A stretch of 64,000 nt of DNA, taken from the NCBI GenBank assembly GCA_031458695.1, contig JAVKJW010000005.1:20390-84389 (forward strand), read 5' to 3'. Positions 21,301 through 30,352 of the stretch are shown here, in pieces. The notes beneath the pieces were generated by a model. The model had not been told where the DNA came from. It saw only the letters and a program-made list of their open reading frames with translations, and did not search any database. Numbering within the stretch: position 1 is the first letter of the stretch; each line of letters begins with the position of its first letter. This stretch comes from Candidatus Thermofontivivens primus. Its GTDB lineage: Bacteria > Sysuimicrobiota > Sysuimicrobiia > Sysuimicrobiales > Thermofontiviventaceae. A program made the position numbers and the translations under genes.

Positions 21301-21420
21301 ATCGAGAAGGTAGCTAAGGGGATTCGGGCACAGCGCTTTGTGGCCACGCCAGACTTCTACCGGGCGTGCAGGTTTTGTGCTTTCAACCAGATTTGTCCTT
21401 ACACCGCAGCAGGGGAGTGA
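18322..21420 (+). CDS. UvrD/PcrA-type superfamily-1 helicase fused to a C-terminal Cas4/AddB-like PD-(D/E)XK nuclease with a 4-Cys Fe-S cluster.
   Basis: 1032 aa. N-terminal helicase motifs (AGAGTGKTTV, DEFQDTNYAQ, VGDDDQSIYKFRGA, QNYRS, TVHKAKGLEF). C-terminal nuclease (C-x...RWDRVD...IVDFKT...QLAIYALAY...CRFCAFNQIC). Starts 9 nt after the recX stop. Confidence 0.85.
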   Translation: MGKRRHRNLASRTRKGEESEDQLPLGLEPPSVELLHAGLPHESRVAEEPAEFLKELGELSVSRILADLNEEQRRAVTHGEGPLLIVAGAGTGKTTVITRRIAYLIATKRARPREILALTFTDKAAAEMEERVDLLVPYGYADVWISTFHAFGDRILRENALEIGLNPDFRILSKAEQIIFFREHLFDFPLDYYRPLGDPTKYVEAMITLFSRAKDEDVSPEEYLTYAEKLLAEADPTDPEAVQEARRQLEIARTYQRYQELLAKEGLVDFGDLITLTLKLFRERPHVLRRYQEQFKYILVDEFQDTNYAQFQLTKLLASRHENITVVGDDDQSIYKFRGAAISNILNFMDTYPHATQIVLTRNYRSSQLILDAAYRLIRYNDPDRLEVKNQLDKRLFAVHMEGQPVRHLHFDSLSSEADAVASIIAEKVEKGAYRYKDFAILVRSNNDADPFLRSLNMRGIPFHFSGGQGLYQREEIRLVMAFLRSLTNPYDNLSLYHLGSSPLYQIDPGDLARCLAVANRKNRSLEHIFDQLHAYEELEEVSPESRAAIAKLVEDLKEMRSFAQHHVTGRVLYEYLVNRTGYIRRLVASGNVEDEIKVANLAKFFDIVAKVAQLLRYDNVHAFVEYMDKLIEAGDDPTAAELSGPDLDAVHVMTVHKAKGLEFPVVFLVSCVSDRFPTRNRNEGLSLPDPLIKDILPSGDFHLQEERRLFYVGMTRAQKELYLTSARDYGGVRPRKVSQFVLEAMDMPKVDPEVAKASAVEAIERHAPPVVESLMGQPLPEDSPLILSFRQIDDYDTCPLKYKYIHILRVPVMRDHRVVYGAALHEAVREYNRRKARNQPMSLEELISYFERVWTNEGFVSREHEDYRFEEGRQVLRQFFLFEEGSGVTPTLVEMPFSFQLGKTRVKGRWDRVDVHGDEVVIVDFKTSDVRDTKEANRRTRESLQLAIYALAYKEVYGRLPSWVELRFLGSQQVLVGRAEPHEEYIREAIEVIEKVAKGIRAQRFVATPDFYRACRFCAFNQICPYTAAGE

Positions 21421-21872
21421 GCATATATCCCATTTCGTATAGAGAAAACGCCATTCCTACTCTGCGTGGGTATGCTTTCCGCTTCGCGAAGGAGGGGGTG
21501 CAATCGGGTGGGGTCATCGTTAGCCCGTGGAGGGAGGAGTTGATCCGAGCGATTCAAGAGAGGCGGATCCTCCATCTCACCTATCAAAAGAAAGGGGGAT
21601 CTGTGGAGAAGTACGTTATCGCTCCATGGGATTTGGTCCCAGGAGGTGAGACAGGTGAGGAGCTCCTTGTGGCCTTTGCCTATAACCGGAACGATTTCCG
21701 CTCGTTCCGCTTGAGCAGGATCCTGAGCATCCGGGAGCTAGGAGAGGAATTCGACCCACGGGAGTTCTATCCGAGGCTCGCTACGTGGCCTCCTCGTTGG
21801 CATGTCCTGCGCGCGTGGCCCCTTCAGGAAGGCGAATATCCCGCGGGGAAGGGAGGCCTGGGAAGGGGATGA
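21417..21872 (+). CDS. Stand-alone WYL-domain protein (no HTH).
   Basis: About 151 aa. ILHLTYQKKGGSVEKYVIAPWDLV...LLVAFAYNRNDFRSFRLSRILSIRELGEEFDP matches the WYL domain signature. GTGA overlap with the helicase-nuclease stop and ATGA overlap with the next gene. Confidence 0.7.
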   Translation: MSIYPISYRENAIPTLRGYAFRFAKEGVQSGGVIVSPWREELIRAIQERRILHLTYQKKGGSVEKYVIAPWDLVPGGETGEELLVAFAYNRNDFRSFRLSRILSIRELGEEFDPREFYPRLATWPPRWHVLRAWPLQEGEYPAGKGGLGRG

Positions 21873-22981
21873 TCAAGTTGCTCCACCTCTCAGATGTCCA
21901 TCTGGGGGCGCGGTTCCAGATGCTGGGTGAGCGAGGACGAGAACATCGTCGCCAGCTGCAGGAGACCTTCGCTAGGGCCATTGGGATAGCGTGCGAGGAG
22001 CCCGTGGACCTTGTCCTCATCGCTGGCGACCTGTTCGATTCCCCCCACCAGTCAGAATCCACCATCTCCTTTGTGCGCGAACAGTTTCGCCGCCTGGAGG
22101 CGAGGGGAATCCCGTTGTGTCTGATTGCCGGGAACCATGACCCTTTCGAAGAGGGGGGCGTCTACGCGGTCGGACGATTCGAGCAGTGCAGCAACGTCAC
22201 CCTGTTTGGGACCACCCCGGGAAGCAAGGTATTCTCCCAGCTCGACCTCACTGTGTTCGGGAGCTCCCCATCCCCTGGCTCTGGCCGCAGCCCGCTCGCA
22301 GGCTGGAAGGTAGAACGGCAAACGCGCTTTGCTGTGGGCTTGGTCCATGGGAGCATCTACCGTTCAGGGCAAGTGGAAGGCCCAGCGACAATCCACCCCG
22401 AGGAAATCCGGGGTCTCGGGCTCGACTATCTTGCGCTTGGCGACTGGCACTCTTGCCAGCGGGTCCTGGGGCCGCCCACCACTGCTTGGTACTCAGGTTC
22501 CCCTGAGTTCTTAAGCCTCGACCAGGAGGGGGCGGGCCATGTTCTTTTGGTGACACTGGAGGAGCCTGGCTCTGTGCACGTCCGGCCTGTTCGTGTGGGT
22601 CGAAGGTCCTACAAAAAAATTGAACTCGAGATCTCCGCCCTCCCTGTGGAGGAGATCAAGGCCCGGATCCTCCAGGAGGCAGATCCTGATCTCATCATGG
22701 ACGTGATCCTCAAGGGGTTCATCCAGCCCGGGATCTCTATTTCAGCAGCGGAACTGGAAGAGGATCTGGGTGGGCATTTCTTCCGCTTGCGTGTGCGCAA
22801 CGAGAGTTCCCTTCGGCTGGAGGACTTGGACGAGCAGGACTTCCCCGAAGGAACCGTTCTGGGGAGGTTCGTTCGCTTAATGCGAAAGAGAATGGAGGAA
22901 CTAGACCCTGCAGAGCGTCCCCTCCTTGAGGAGGCACTCCAGCTTGGGGTGGGACTTTTGCAGGGGAGGGAGGTCCTCTAG
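21869..22981 (+). CDS. SbcD/Mre11-family metallophosphoesterase nuclease (YhaO-like).
   Basis: MIKLLHLSDVHLG...DLVLIAGDLFD...GNHD calcineurin-like motifs. Translationally coupled on both sides. Confidence 0.85.
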   Translation: MIKLLHLSDVHLGARFQMLGERGREHRRQLQETFARAIGIACEEPVDLVLIAGDLFDSPHQSESTISFVREQFRRLEARGIPLCLIAGNHDPFEEGGVYAVGRFEQCSNVTLFGTTPGSKVFSQLDLTVFGSSPSPGSGRSPLAGWKVERQTRFAVGLVHGSIYRSGQVEGPATIHPEEIRGLGLDYLALGDWHSCQRVLGPPTTAWYSGSPEFLSLDQEGAGHVLLVTLEEPGSVHVRPVRVGRRSYKKIELEISALPVEEIKARILQEADPDLIMDVILKGFIQPGISISAAELEEDLGGHFFRLRVRNESSLRLEDLDEQDFPEGTVLGRFVRLMRKRMEELDPAERPLLEEALQLGVGLLQGREVL

Positions 22982-25146
22982 TGCGCCTTCGTCGCCTTCG
23001 AGTACGACGCTTTCGTCGCCTGCGGGGCTTGGAGATCACCTTCCATCCAGGTCTCAACGTCATCGTCGGCCCGAACGAGGCAGGCAAGTCCACTCTCCGC
23101 GAGGCGATCATCATGGCTCTGTATGGGAACGCCGCGACGACCTCCCAGGCAATCCGGGAAAGCACCCGCTCCTGGGGCTCGGATCGTCCTGCGGTCCTTG
23201 AGCTGGAATTTGAGGCGGACGGGGAGGTCTACACCCTGGGCAAGGATTTCCACGGACGCAAGGTCTTCTTGCGCGACAGCAAGGGGAACAACTGGGAGGG
23301 ACACGCGCGGATCCAGAGGGAGATCGGGACTCTTCTTGGGTTTCCCAACGAAAATCTCTATCGGTCCACTGCGCATGTGGCCCAGGCAGAGCTTGACCGG
23401 CTATCCACTGACACCCCGGATATCGCCAAGGAGCTTTCCAGGATCATCACCGGTGGAGGACAGGATGCGAACGTGGTAACGGTCCTTCACCGGCTTGAGC
23501 AAGCGATCGAAGCCCAACGGAAGGGGCTCCAGCGGTACGCCAAAGATCCGGGGCCTATTAAGCGACTGGAGAACATTGTGACTTCCCTCGAGGGGCGGCG
23601 GGCGGAACTTCTCCAGAAGGCCCAACAGGCCATCCAGAGCCGCAAGGAGATTATCGAGGTGAGCAAAGAGCTTGAACGGGCTGCAACCACACTGACCATC
23701 AAAGACAACCTTCTCAAGGTGAACCAAGAGCTCATGCGCGTTGAGAACCGCCTGCAGGAACTCAAAACACAGGAATCTCAGTTGGGAGACCGGATAAGGA
23801 AAATTCACCAAAACATCCTCAAACTTTCACAGATCAAAGAGGAGATTGCTGCGCTCATTGGGGAGGGAGAGGTTCCAGACGAGGAGACGATGCACAAGCT
23901 CCGGGAAACCTACGCTTTTTATTCCGGCGCAGCATCGCGTGCCGAACGCCTAGCCGAAGAAGTAAGGGCAATGGAGGGAAGCCTCGCTCAGTTCCCGCGA
24001 TTCGCCGGGCGGGCCGTTTCCGCTCTTCTCACCCTCGCGACAGTGAGCCTCATCGCTAGCATGGTCCTCTCCGCGTGGAGGGGGATCGTGTGGGGGGGTC
24101 TTACGGCCCTGCCAGGGGTCCTCTTTCTCCTTTTCGCTTACAATTTCTGGAAAATGGAGGAGGCGCGACGCATCGAGGAAGATCGGCTGGAAGCCCGGCG
24201 AAAAGAGCTGGAGGTCGCGCGCAGGGATGCTGGCAAGTTCGAGGAGGAAATGCGCCAATTGCTCAAGGAACTGAGGTGCAATAGCCTGGAGGAGGCCACT
24301 CGCCGGTATGAGCATTACCAACGCCTTGTCGGGGAGCAAAGAGCCCTTGCGCAGTCCCTCCAAGACCTCCAGGGGGATCAGACGGTAGAGACCTTGCAAG
24401 AACAGTATCAGGATATCCAGCGGGAGATCTTCGTGCGAACGGAATACTTGAAGAACCCAGAGGTAGCGGCGAAGCGCCTTCTCCCCCTCGAAGTGCAACA
24501 CCTAGAGGAAGAGGTGGAACGTCTCAGAACCCAGGTGCGTCAGCTCGAGCAGAGGAAGCAACGGCTTGAGTGGGAGATTGAGCATTACTCCCCCGCCCTC
24601 GAGGAGCTCAAGGAGGTTGAGGAGCAGCTCGACGAGAGCAAGGAGCGCCTCCAGCTGGAGAGGAATCGCCTGCGCGTCTACGAAATGGCCTATGAAGTGC
24701 TACGGGAAGCGCACCAGCAGGTTATGGTCCCTGCCCGGGAGGTGGTCAGCTCCCTGGCAGGGGAATACCTCAAGGTCCTCACGGGAGGACGCTACCATCG
24801 CGTGCGCATGGCCGAGGATTCCCTCCAGGTGGAGGTCTGGGTGGACGAGGCGCAACGGTGGATCGCCCCCAAAGAGCCAGAATTTAGTCGTGGGGCCATC
24901 GATCAAGTCTACCTTGCGACCCGCCTCGCGCTCGTCGAAGTCCTTGCCCAGGGGAAATCCCCGCCCCTTGTGCTGGACGACCCCTTCGTCCACTTCGACG
25001 AGGAGCGGCTCCAGGCTGCCATAGACCTGATCAGGCGGCTTTCCTCCCGTTACCAAGTGCTGCTGTTCACGTGTAGGCGAGAGTACAGCAAGTATGCCGA
25101 CCACCTCATTCACATTGACACCCTCTCGGGGATAGGGATACAATAG
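22981..25146 (+). CDS. SbcC/SMC-like ATPase with long coiled coil and two internal transmembrane helices (YhaN/SbcE-like).
   Basis: 721 aa. N-terminal Walker A (GPNEAGKST), C-terminal signature/Walker B (LVLDDPFVHFD), heptad-rich middle. Hydrophobic pair ...AVSALLTLATVSLIASMVLSAW...LTALPGVLFLLFAYNFW... in the middle of the coiled coil. GTG start overlaps the sbcD-like stop. Confidence 0.8.
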   Translation: MRLRRLRVRRFRRLRGLEITFHPGLNVIVGPNEAGKSTLREAIIMALYGNAATTSQAIRESTRSWGSDRPAVLELEFEADGEVYTLGKDFHGRKVFLRDSKGNNWEGHARIQREIGTLLGFPNENLYRSTAHVAQAELDRLSTDTPDIAKELSRIITGGGQDANVVTVLHRLEQAIEAQRKGLQRYAKDPGPIKRLENIVTSLEGRRAELLQKAQQAIQSRKEIIEVSKELERAATTLTIKDNLLKVNQELMRVENRLQELKTQESQLGDRIRKIHQNILKLSQIKEEIAALIGEGEVPDEETMHKLRETYAFYSGAASRAERLAEEVRAMEGSLAQFPRFAGRAVSALLTLATVSLIASMVLSAWRGIVWGGLTALPGVLFLLFAYNFWKMEEARRIEEDRLEARRKELEVARRDAGKFEEEMRQLLKELRCNSLEEATRRYEHYQRLVGEQRALAQSLQDLQGDQTVETLQEQYQDIQREIFVRTEYLKNPEVAAKRLLPLEVQHLEEEVERLRTQVRQLEQRKQRLEWEIEHYSPALEELKEVEEQLDESKERLQLERNRLRVYEMAYEVLREAHQQVMVPAREVVSSLAGEYLKVLTGGRYHRVRMAEDSLQVEVWVDEAQRWIAPKEPEFSRGAIDQVYLATRLALVEVLAQGKSPPLVLDDPFVHFDEERLQAAIDLIRRLSSRYQVLLFTCRREYSKYADHLIHIDTLSGIGIQ

Positions 25147-25383
25147 CCTAAGGTGCACCGGACTCGTCTTCCCTGAGGGCCTGTGGGAATCCCGCCAGGG
25201 AGCTGCAGGAGAACTGCACTGGACGATGCACCAGCAAGGAAATCCTGAGACCCCCTTGCTTGAGAGTGAGGTGGGCTGTCAGGAGCGACGTACCTGAAGG
25301 GGCCCGCACATCTCTGGGCCTATCAAAATCTCCAGGGGGCTCCCCTGGGGTACACAAGGAGGTGAACAGCCATCGACCCCGCG

Positions 25384-26916
25384 TTGGTTTCCTACGCGAT
25401 CGCGGCCGGGCTGGGGTTGGTTGGATTCCTCCTTGGATACCTCCTGCGCAGGTTCGTCGCCGAGGCGAAGATTAAATCAGCGGAAGAAGCTGCCCGCCGG
25501 ATACTCGAGGATGCAAAGAAGGAAGCGGAGGCAAAGAAACGTGAAGCGATCCTCGAAGCGAAGGATGAGGCATACCGGATCAAGCGGGAAGCTGAACGGG
25601 AGATCCGCGAGCAACGGGCAGAGATTCAGCGTCTCGAGCGACGTATTGTGCAACGCGAGGAATCCTTGGACCGCAAGGCGGAAGCCTTGGAGCGTCGAGA
25701 GCGTGCCCTCATCCAGAGAGAGCAGGAGGTTTCAAAGGCCAGGGAGGAGGTAGAAGCGCTTCGGAGGGAGCACCGCCTTGAGCTTGAGCGCATCGCAGGT
25801 CTAACCTCAGAAGAGGCCAAAGAGCAACTGCTGCGCGAGATCGAGGCGGAGGTTCGCCACGAGGCGGCCCAGCTCATCAAGAAAGTGGAGGAGCAGGCAA
25901 GGGCAGAAGCCGACCGCCTTGCCAAGGAGATCATTGCCCTTGCCATTCAGCGGTGTGCTGCCGACCACACCGCCGAGGTTACTGTATCGGTGGTCCCCCT
26001 GCCCAACGAGGATATGAAGGGAAGGATCATCGGTCGTGAGGGGCGGAACATTCGTACTCTGGAGACCCTCACAGGTGTGGACCTGATCATCGACGATACC
26101 CCAGAAGCGGTGACCATTTCCTCCTTTGATCCCATCCGCCGGGAGATCGCCAAGATCACCTTGGAAAAACTCATTGCCGATGGGCGGATCCACCCAGCGC
26201 GCATCGAGGAGATGGTGGAGAAGGCGCAGCGGGAACTCGAGGCCAGGATCCGGGAGGAAGGGGAGCGTGCCGCATTTGAGGCGGGGGTCCACGGCTTGCA
26301 TCCCGAGGAGATCAAGTTGCTTGGGCGCCTCCGGTTCCGGTACAGCTACGGTCAGAACCTCCTCCAGCACTCCGTGGAGGTCGCGCTCCTGGCCGGGCTC
26401 ATGGCCTCCCACCTGGGTGCTAATGTAGCCCTGGCAAAACGCGCAGGGCTGCTCCACGACATTGGGAAGGCCCTCACCCACGAGGTAGAAGGGACACACA
26501 GCGCCATCGGGATAGACATTGCCAAACGCTACCACGAGCCCCCGGAGGTTCTGAACGCCATCGCCTACCACCATGGCGAGGAGGAGGCCAAGTGCATCGA
26601 GGCGATCCTCGTCGCTGCTGCTGATGCCATCTCTGCCAGCAGGCCAGGCGCCAGGAAGGAGACTGTGGAGATGTACCTGAAACGCCTGGAGAACCTGGAA
26701 CGCTTGGCGAGTTCCTTCGATGGTGTGGAGAAGGCATACGCTATCCAGGCTGGTCGGGAGGTCCGGGTGATTGTCAGACCCCAGGAGGTGGATGACAGCG
26801 GCGCAGTTCTTCTGGCACGCCAGATCGCCAAGAAGATCGAAGAAGAACTGGAGTACCCCGGTCAGATCAAAGTTACCGTCCTGAGGGAGACGCGTGTGGT
26901 GGAGTACGCAAAGTGA
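25384..26916 (+). CDS. rny: Ribonuclease Y (TM anchor, coiled coil, KH and HD domains).
   Basis: 510 aa. End-to-end similarity to RNase Y ([17 protein letters not shown] motif, HD domain). TTG start. Confidence 0.9.
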   Translation: MVSYAIAAGLGLVGFLLGYLLRRFVAEAKIKSAEEAARRILEDAKKEAEAKKREAILEAKDEAYRIKREAEREIREQRAEIQRLERRIVQREESLDRKAEALERRERALIQREQEVSKAREEVEALRREHRLELERIAGLTSEEAKEQLLREIEAEVRHEAAQLIKKVEEQARAEADRLAKEIIALAIQRCAADHTAEVTVSVVPLPNEDMKGRIIGREGRNIRTLETLTGVDLIIDDTPEAVTISSFDPIRREIAKITLEKLIADGRIHPARIEEMVEKAQRELEARIREEGERAAFEAGVHGLHPEEIKLLGRLRFRYSYGQNLLQHSVEVALLAGLMASHLGANVALAKRAGLLHDIGKALTHEVEGTHSAIGIDIAKRYHEPPEVLNAIAYHHGEEEAKCIEAILVAAADAISASRPGARKETVEMYLKRLENLERLASSFDGVEKAYAIQAGREVRVIVRPQEVDDSGAVLLARQIAKKIEEELEYPGQIKVTVLRETRVVEYAK

Positions 26917-26938
26917 AACCGGCCGGGGGATCCTCTCT

Positions 26939-27739
26939 ATGAAGGTACTCATGGTTGGCGACATCACCGGCAGGCCCGGGCGAAGGGTTCTTATGCGCTT
27001 CCTCCCCCACCTTCGCCAGAAGTTTGAGGTAGATTTCGTCATCGCCAACGGGGAGAACGCCGCAGGAGGAACCGGGTTGACCAAGGCAACAGTAGAGGAG
27101 ATCTTTGCATGTGGCGTTGACGTCATCACAGGGGGGAACCATACTTGGCACCACCGCGAGATCTACGAAGTCCTCAATAGCCACCCTAGGGTCTTGCGGC
27201 CGGCAAACTACCCTCCTGGGGCCCCTGGACGAGGATCCCTCGTTGCGCAAGGCCCCAGGGGGCAGCGGGTTGGCGTCGTCAACCTCCAAGGCCGGGTGTT
27301 TATGCAAGAACTCGAGGATCCGTTCCGGGTAGGGCTAGAGGAGGTGGAAAAACTCCGGGAGGAGACTCCCCTGATCTTTGTGGATATCCACGCCGAGGCC
27401 ACTTCGGAGAAGATGGCCCTCGCCTGGTTCCTGGATGGCAAGGTCTCTGCCGTCCTTGGCACGCACACCCATGTACAGACGGCTGACGAACGCATCCTTC
27501 CAGGGGGGACTGCTTACATCACCGACGTTGGGATGACAGGGCCGCGGGATGGAATCATCGGTATGGAGAGGGAGGAAGTCATCCAGAGGTTCCTCACCCA
27601 GCTCCCCGTGCGCTTCCAGGTTGCTAAGGGAACAGCCCAGCTTGATGCCGTTCTCGTTGAGGTTGACGAGCAAACTGGGAAGGCTCTTGCCATCCAGCGG
27701 ATCCATCTGGTCGAAGGGTTCGGGGAAATGGACCCGTAA
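26939..27739 (+). CDS. ymdB: YmdB-family 2',3'-cyclic-nucleotide phosphodiesterase (metallophosphoesterase).
   Basis: MKVLMVGDITGRPGRR..., TIGR00282-like. Follows rny as in Bacillus. Confidence 0.85.
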   Translation: MKVLMVGDITGRPGRRVLMRFLPHLRQKFEVDFVIANGENAAGGTGLTKATVEEIFACGVDVITGGNHTWHHREIYEVLNSHPRVLRPANYPPGAPGRGSLVAQGPRGQRVGVVNLQGRVFMQELEDPFRVGLEEVEKLREETPLIFVDIHAEATSEKMALAWFLDGKVSAVLGTHTHVQTADERILPGGTAYITDVGMTGPRDGIIGMEREEVIQRFLTQLPVRFQVAKGTAQLDAVLVEVDEQTGKALAIQRIHLVEGFGEMDP

Positions 27740-27833
27740 AGAGCGAACTCTTTGTGAATTTTGCCGGGGACCTCAGGATTTCCGAGAAGCCTCCCGCAAG
27801 CGGTGAAAGAAGTTCGCAGAGGTACTCAAGGAG

Positions 27834-28664
27834 ATGCGTGTGGACCTTCACACCCACACCACTGCCTCAGATGGGCTCCTTTCCCCACGAGCCTTGGTGG
27901 AGGAGGCTGCCCGCCTGGGTGTGGCGATCCTCGCAATCACGGATCACGATACGACCGACGGGATCGAGGAAGCACTCGAGGTAGGCAAGGAGCTGCGCGT
28001 AGAGGTTATCCCAGGAGTCGAGATCAATACAGACGTTCAGGGCGCGGAGATCCACGTCCTGGGATACTACATCGACCACAGAAGCGAGTGGTTTCAAGGG
28101 ACCTTGCGTCGCCTCCGAGAGAGCCGCCTCGACCGTGCTACCAGGATGCTCGCCAAGCTGGCCAATTTGGGGATCCGCCTGGATCTCCAGCGAGTCCTCG
28201 CCCTTGCGCATGGGGGATCCGTCGGGAGGCCCCACCTCGCCAGGGCGATGGTAGAAGCTGGCTACGTCTCCACTCCTGAGGAGGCATTCAGGCTGTACCT
28301 TGGACGAGGGGGCCCCGCGTACGTGGAACGGGAGAGATTTACCCCTGAGGAGGCGGTACAGGTCATCCTCCGCGCGGGCGGAGTTCCTGTGCTTGCACAC
28401 CCGGGTCTGAGCAACCGGGATGGACTTGTGCCAGATCTCGTCTCCGCTGGCCTCATGGGGATCGAGGTCTACTATCCCGAACACTCCCCTGCGCAAGTGC
28501 AGCACTACCTGGCCCTGGCGAAGAAGCTTGGTCTCCTCACCACAGGGGGTACCGACTTTCACGGAGGCGATCTTGCCCCACGGGTCCAGGTTGGGAGCGT
28601 AGAAGTACCTCTGGAGGTAGTTACATTGCTTAAGGAAAAGGTGAGACTGGTCCGAGGCTCATAG
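27834..28664 (+). CDS. PHP-domain phosphoesterase (TrpH/YciV-like).
   Basis: MRVDLHTHTTASDGLLSP...ITDHDT..., PHP fold, 276 aa. Confidence 0.85.
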   Translation: MRVDLHTHTTASDGLLSPRALVEEAARLGVAILAITDHDTTDGIEEALEVGKELRVEVIPGVEINTDVQGAEIHVLGYYIDHRSEWFQGTLRRLRESRLDRATRMLAKLANLGIRLDLQRVLALAHGGSVGRPHLARAMVEAGYVSTPEEAFRLYLGRGGPAYVERERFTPEEAVQVILRAGGVPVLAHPGLSNRDGLVPDLVSAGLMGIEVYYPEHSPAQVQHYLALAKKLGLLTTGGTDFHGGDLAPRVQVGSVEVPLEVVTLLKEKVRLVRGS

Positions 28665-28687
28665 ATCTCGAACAGGGAGGCTTAAGG

Positions 28688-28900
28688 ATGCGTTGCCCGA
28701 AGTGTGGCACGGAGAACCCTCCTGGGAAGATCGTGTGCCGGAAGTGCGGCGTTCGCCTGAGGCCGCAGGCAACGTCCCAGGAAAGTGTGATCGGGGAGGA
28801 AGTAGTGGTGAGGTGGGTCCGTAGGGACCTTGGCCAGCTGGTTGTTGTTCTGGTCATCCTCATCACCTGTGGAGCTCTCCTGGGCTTTCTCTTCCGGTAA
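28688..28900 (+). CDS. Zinc-ribbon microprotein with C-terminal TM helix.
   Basis: 70 aa. CPKCG...CRKCG zinc ribbon, then LVVVLVILITCGALLGFLF. RBS-like AGGGAGG upstream. Ends exactly where selA begins. Confidence 0.5.
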   Translation: MRCPKCGTENPPGKIVCRKCGVRLRPQATSQESVIGEEVVVRWVRRDLGQLVVVLVILITCGALLGFLFR

Positions 28901-30345
28901 TGGGGGCAATGGCCAGGGGAGGGCCCATGGACCCGAAGGCCTCGCTCCGTCAGCTCCCCCAGGTTGAGCGTGTCCTCGCCCATCTGGACGCCGAGGGGTA
29001 TCTTCTCCGCTATCCCCGCGCGCTGGTTGTGGCTTGTGTCCGAGAGGTGCTAGAAAAGAAGCGCCAGATCCTCATGAGGGAAGATCTCCCCACCGTAGAT
29101 GTCTCCATAGAGGCCATCCTCCGCGAGGCCCGTGCTCTGATCGCACGAAAAAGCCTACCCTCTCTGCGAAGGGTGATCAATGCCACTGGAGTCATCCTCC
29201 ACACCAATCTTGGTCGTGCACCCCTGAGCGAGGCCGCAAGGAGGGCGGTTGCAGAAATGTCCAGCTATTCCACCCTAGAAGTCGGCCTGGAGGGGCGGGG
29301 AAGAGGCTCTCGGCATGCCCACATCGAGTCCCTTCTTGTCCAGGTGACTGGGGCAGAGGCAGGGTTTGCTGTGAACAACAACGCCGCAGCTGTCCTTCTT
29401 GTCCTGACGGCCCTTGCCCAGGGGAAGGAGGTCGTTGTGTCCCGGGGAGAGCTCGTGGAGATCGGAGGGACCTTCCGGATGCCCGATGTCATGGCGGCAA
29501 GCGGGGCCAAGCTCGTGGAGGTGGGAACGACAAACAAGACCTACGTGTGGGATTATGAGCGTGCCATTACCTCCCAAACGGCCCTTCTCCTGAAGGTTCA
29601 CCGAAGCAACTTCACTCTCCGGGGATTTGTGCATGAGACCGCCCTCCCAGAGCTCGTCCAACTCGGGAGGCGCGCGGGTATCCCAGTGATGTACGATCTC
29701 GGTAGCGGTGCCCTCCTGGACCTTGGCCGCCGTGGTCTACCCCAGGAACCAACTGTTGGGGAGGCGGTAAAAGCAGGGGTGGATGTGGTGACCTTCAGCG
29801 GGGACAAGCTCTTGGGAGGTCCCCAGGCAGGCTTGATCGTTGGCCGGAAAGAAGTCCTCAGGCGGATCCAATCCCATCCCCTTGCCCGAGCCTTGCGCAT
29901 CGACAAGCTCAACCTTGCTGCTCTCGTAGCAACCCTTCGCCACTACCTTGATCCCGAACGTGCGTGGCAAGAAGTACCCGTCCTACGCATGCTGTCGGCT
30001 CCCCAGGAGGAACTGGAAAGGCGGGCTCGCCAGCTTTGTGGAAGATTAGAGGAGATCCTCAGGGGAACTGCAGAGACGACTGTGGTAGAGACGGCCGCTG
30101 AGGCCGGCGGGGGCTCCCTCCCTGAAGCCCATCTTCCCTCCTATGCGGTGGCCATCCGTCCCCTTACCGAACCCGTGGAAAAATGGGATCAAAGGTTGCG
30201 CTCCCTTCCCCTCCCCCTCATCGGGGTGATTCGGGAGGATGCCCTCCTCCTTGATGTTCGTACACTTCTCCCCGGTGAGGAGGAGGAAGTGGTCGAGGTA
30301 TTTCGAACCCTCCTTACCCCGGATACACGAGAAATCATCACGTGA
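28900..30345 (+). CDS. selA: L-seryl-tRNA(Sec) selenium transferase.
   Basis: PLP-dependent SelA family (...[18 protein letters not shown]...). Start may be the downstream ATG ([10 protein letters not shown]...) at about 28927. Confidence 0.85.
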   Translation: MGAMARGGPMDPKASLRQLPQVERVLAHLDAEGYLLRYPRALVVACVREVLEKKRQILMREDLPTVDVSIEAILREARALIARKSLPSLRRVINATGVILHTNLGRAPLSEAARRAVAEMSSYSTLEVGLEGRGRGSRHAHIESLLVQVTGAEAGFAVNNNAAAVLLVLTALAQGKEVVVSRGELVEIGGTFRMPDVMAASGAKLVEVGTTNKTYVWDYERAITSQTALLLKVHRSNFTLRGFVHETALPELVQLGRRAGIPVMYDLGSGALLDLGRRGLPQEPTVGEAVKAGVDVVTFSGDKLLGGPQAGLIVGRKEVLRRIQSHPLARALRIDKLNLAALVATLRHYLDPERAWQEVPVLRMLSAPQEELERRARQLCGRLEEILRGTAETTVVETAAEAGGGSLPEAHLPSYAVAIRPLTEPVEKWDQRLRSLPLPLIGVIREDALLLDVRTLLPGEEEEVVEVFRTLLTPDTREIIT

Positions 30346-30352
30346 AACGGCT

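Noticed and set aside
27755-27775. Interpretation of the recurrent ATTTTGC(C/T)GG motif as a Rex, CodY or sigma-54 site.
   Set aside because: It contains only partial half-site matches (TTGTGAA, AATTTTC, TTGC). It lacks the partner half-site or the -24 GG element at the correct spacing.
27834-28664. PHP-domain protein as part of a defence system (Ppl-like).
   Set aside because: It is a short stand-alone TrpH/YciV-type PHP phosphoesterase with no fused ATPase. It sits in the conserved rny-ymdB neighbourhood, so a housekeeping role is more likely.
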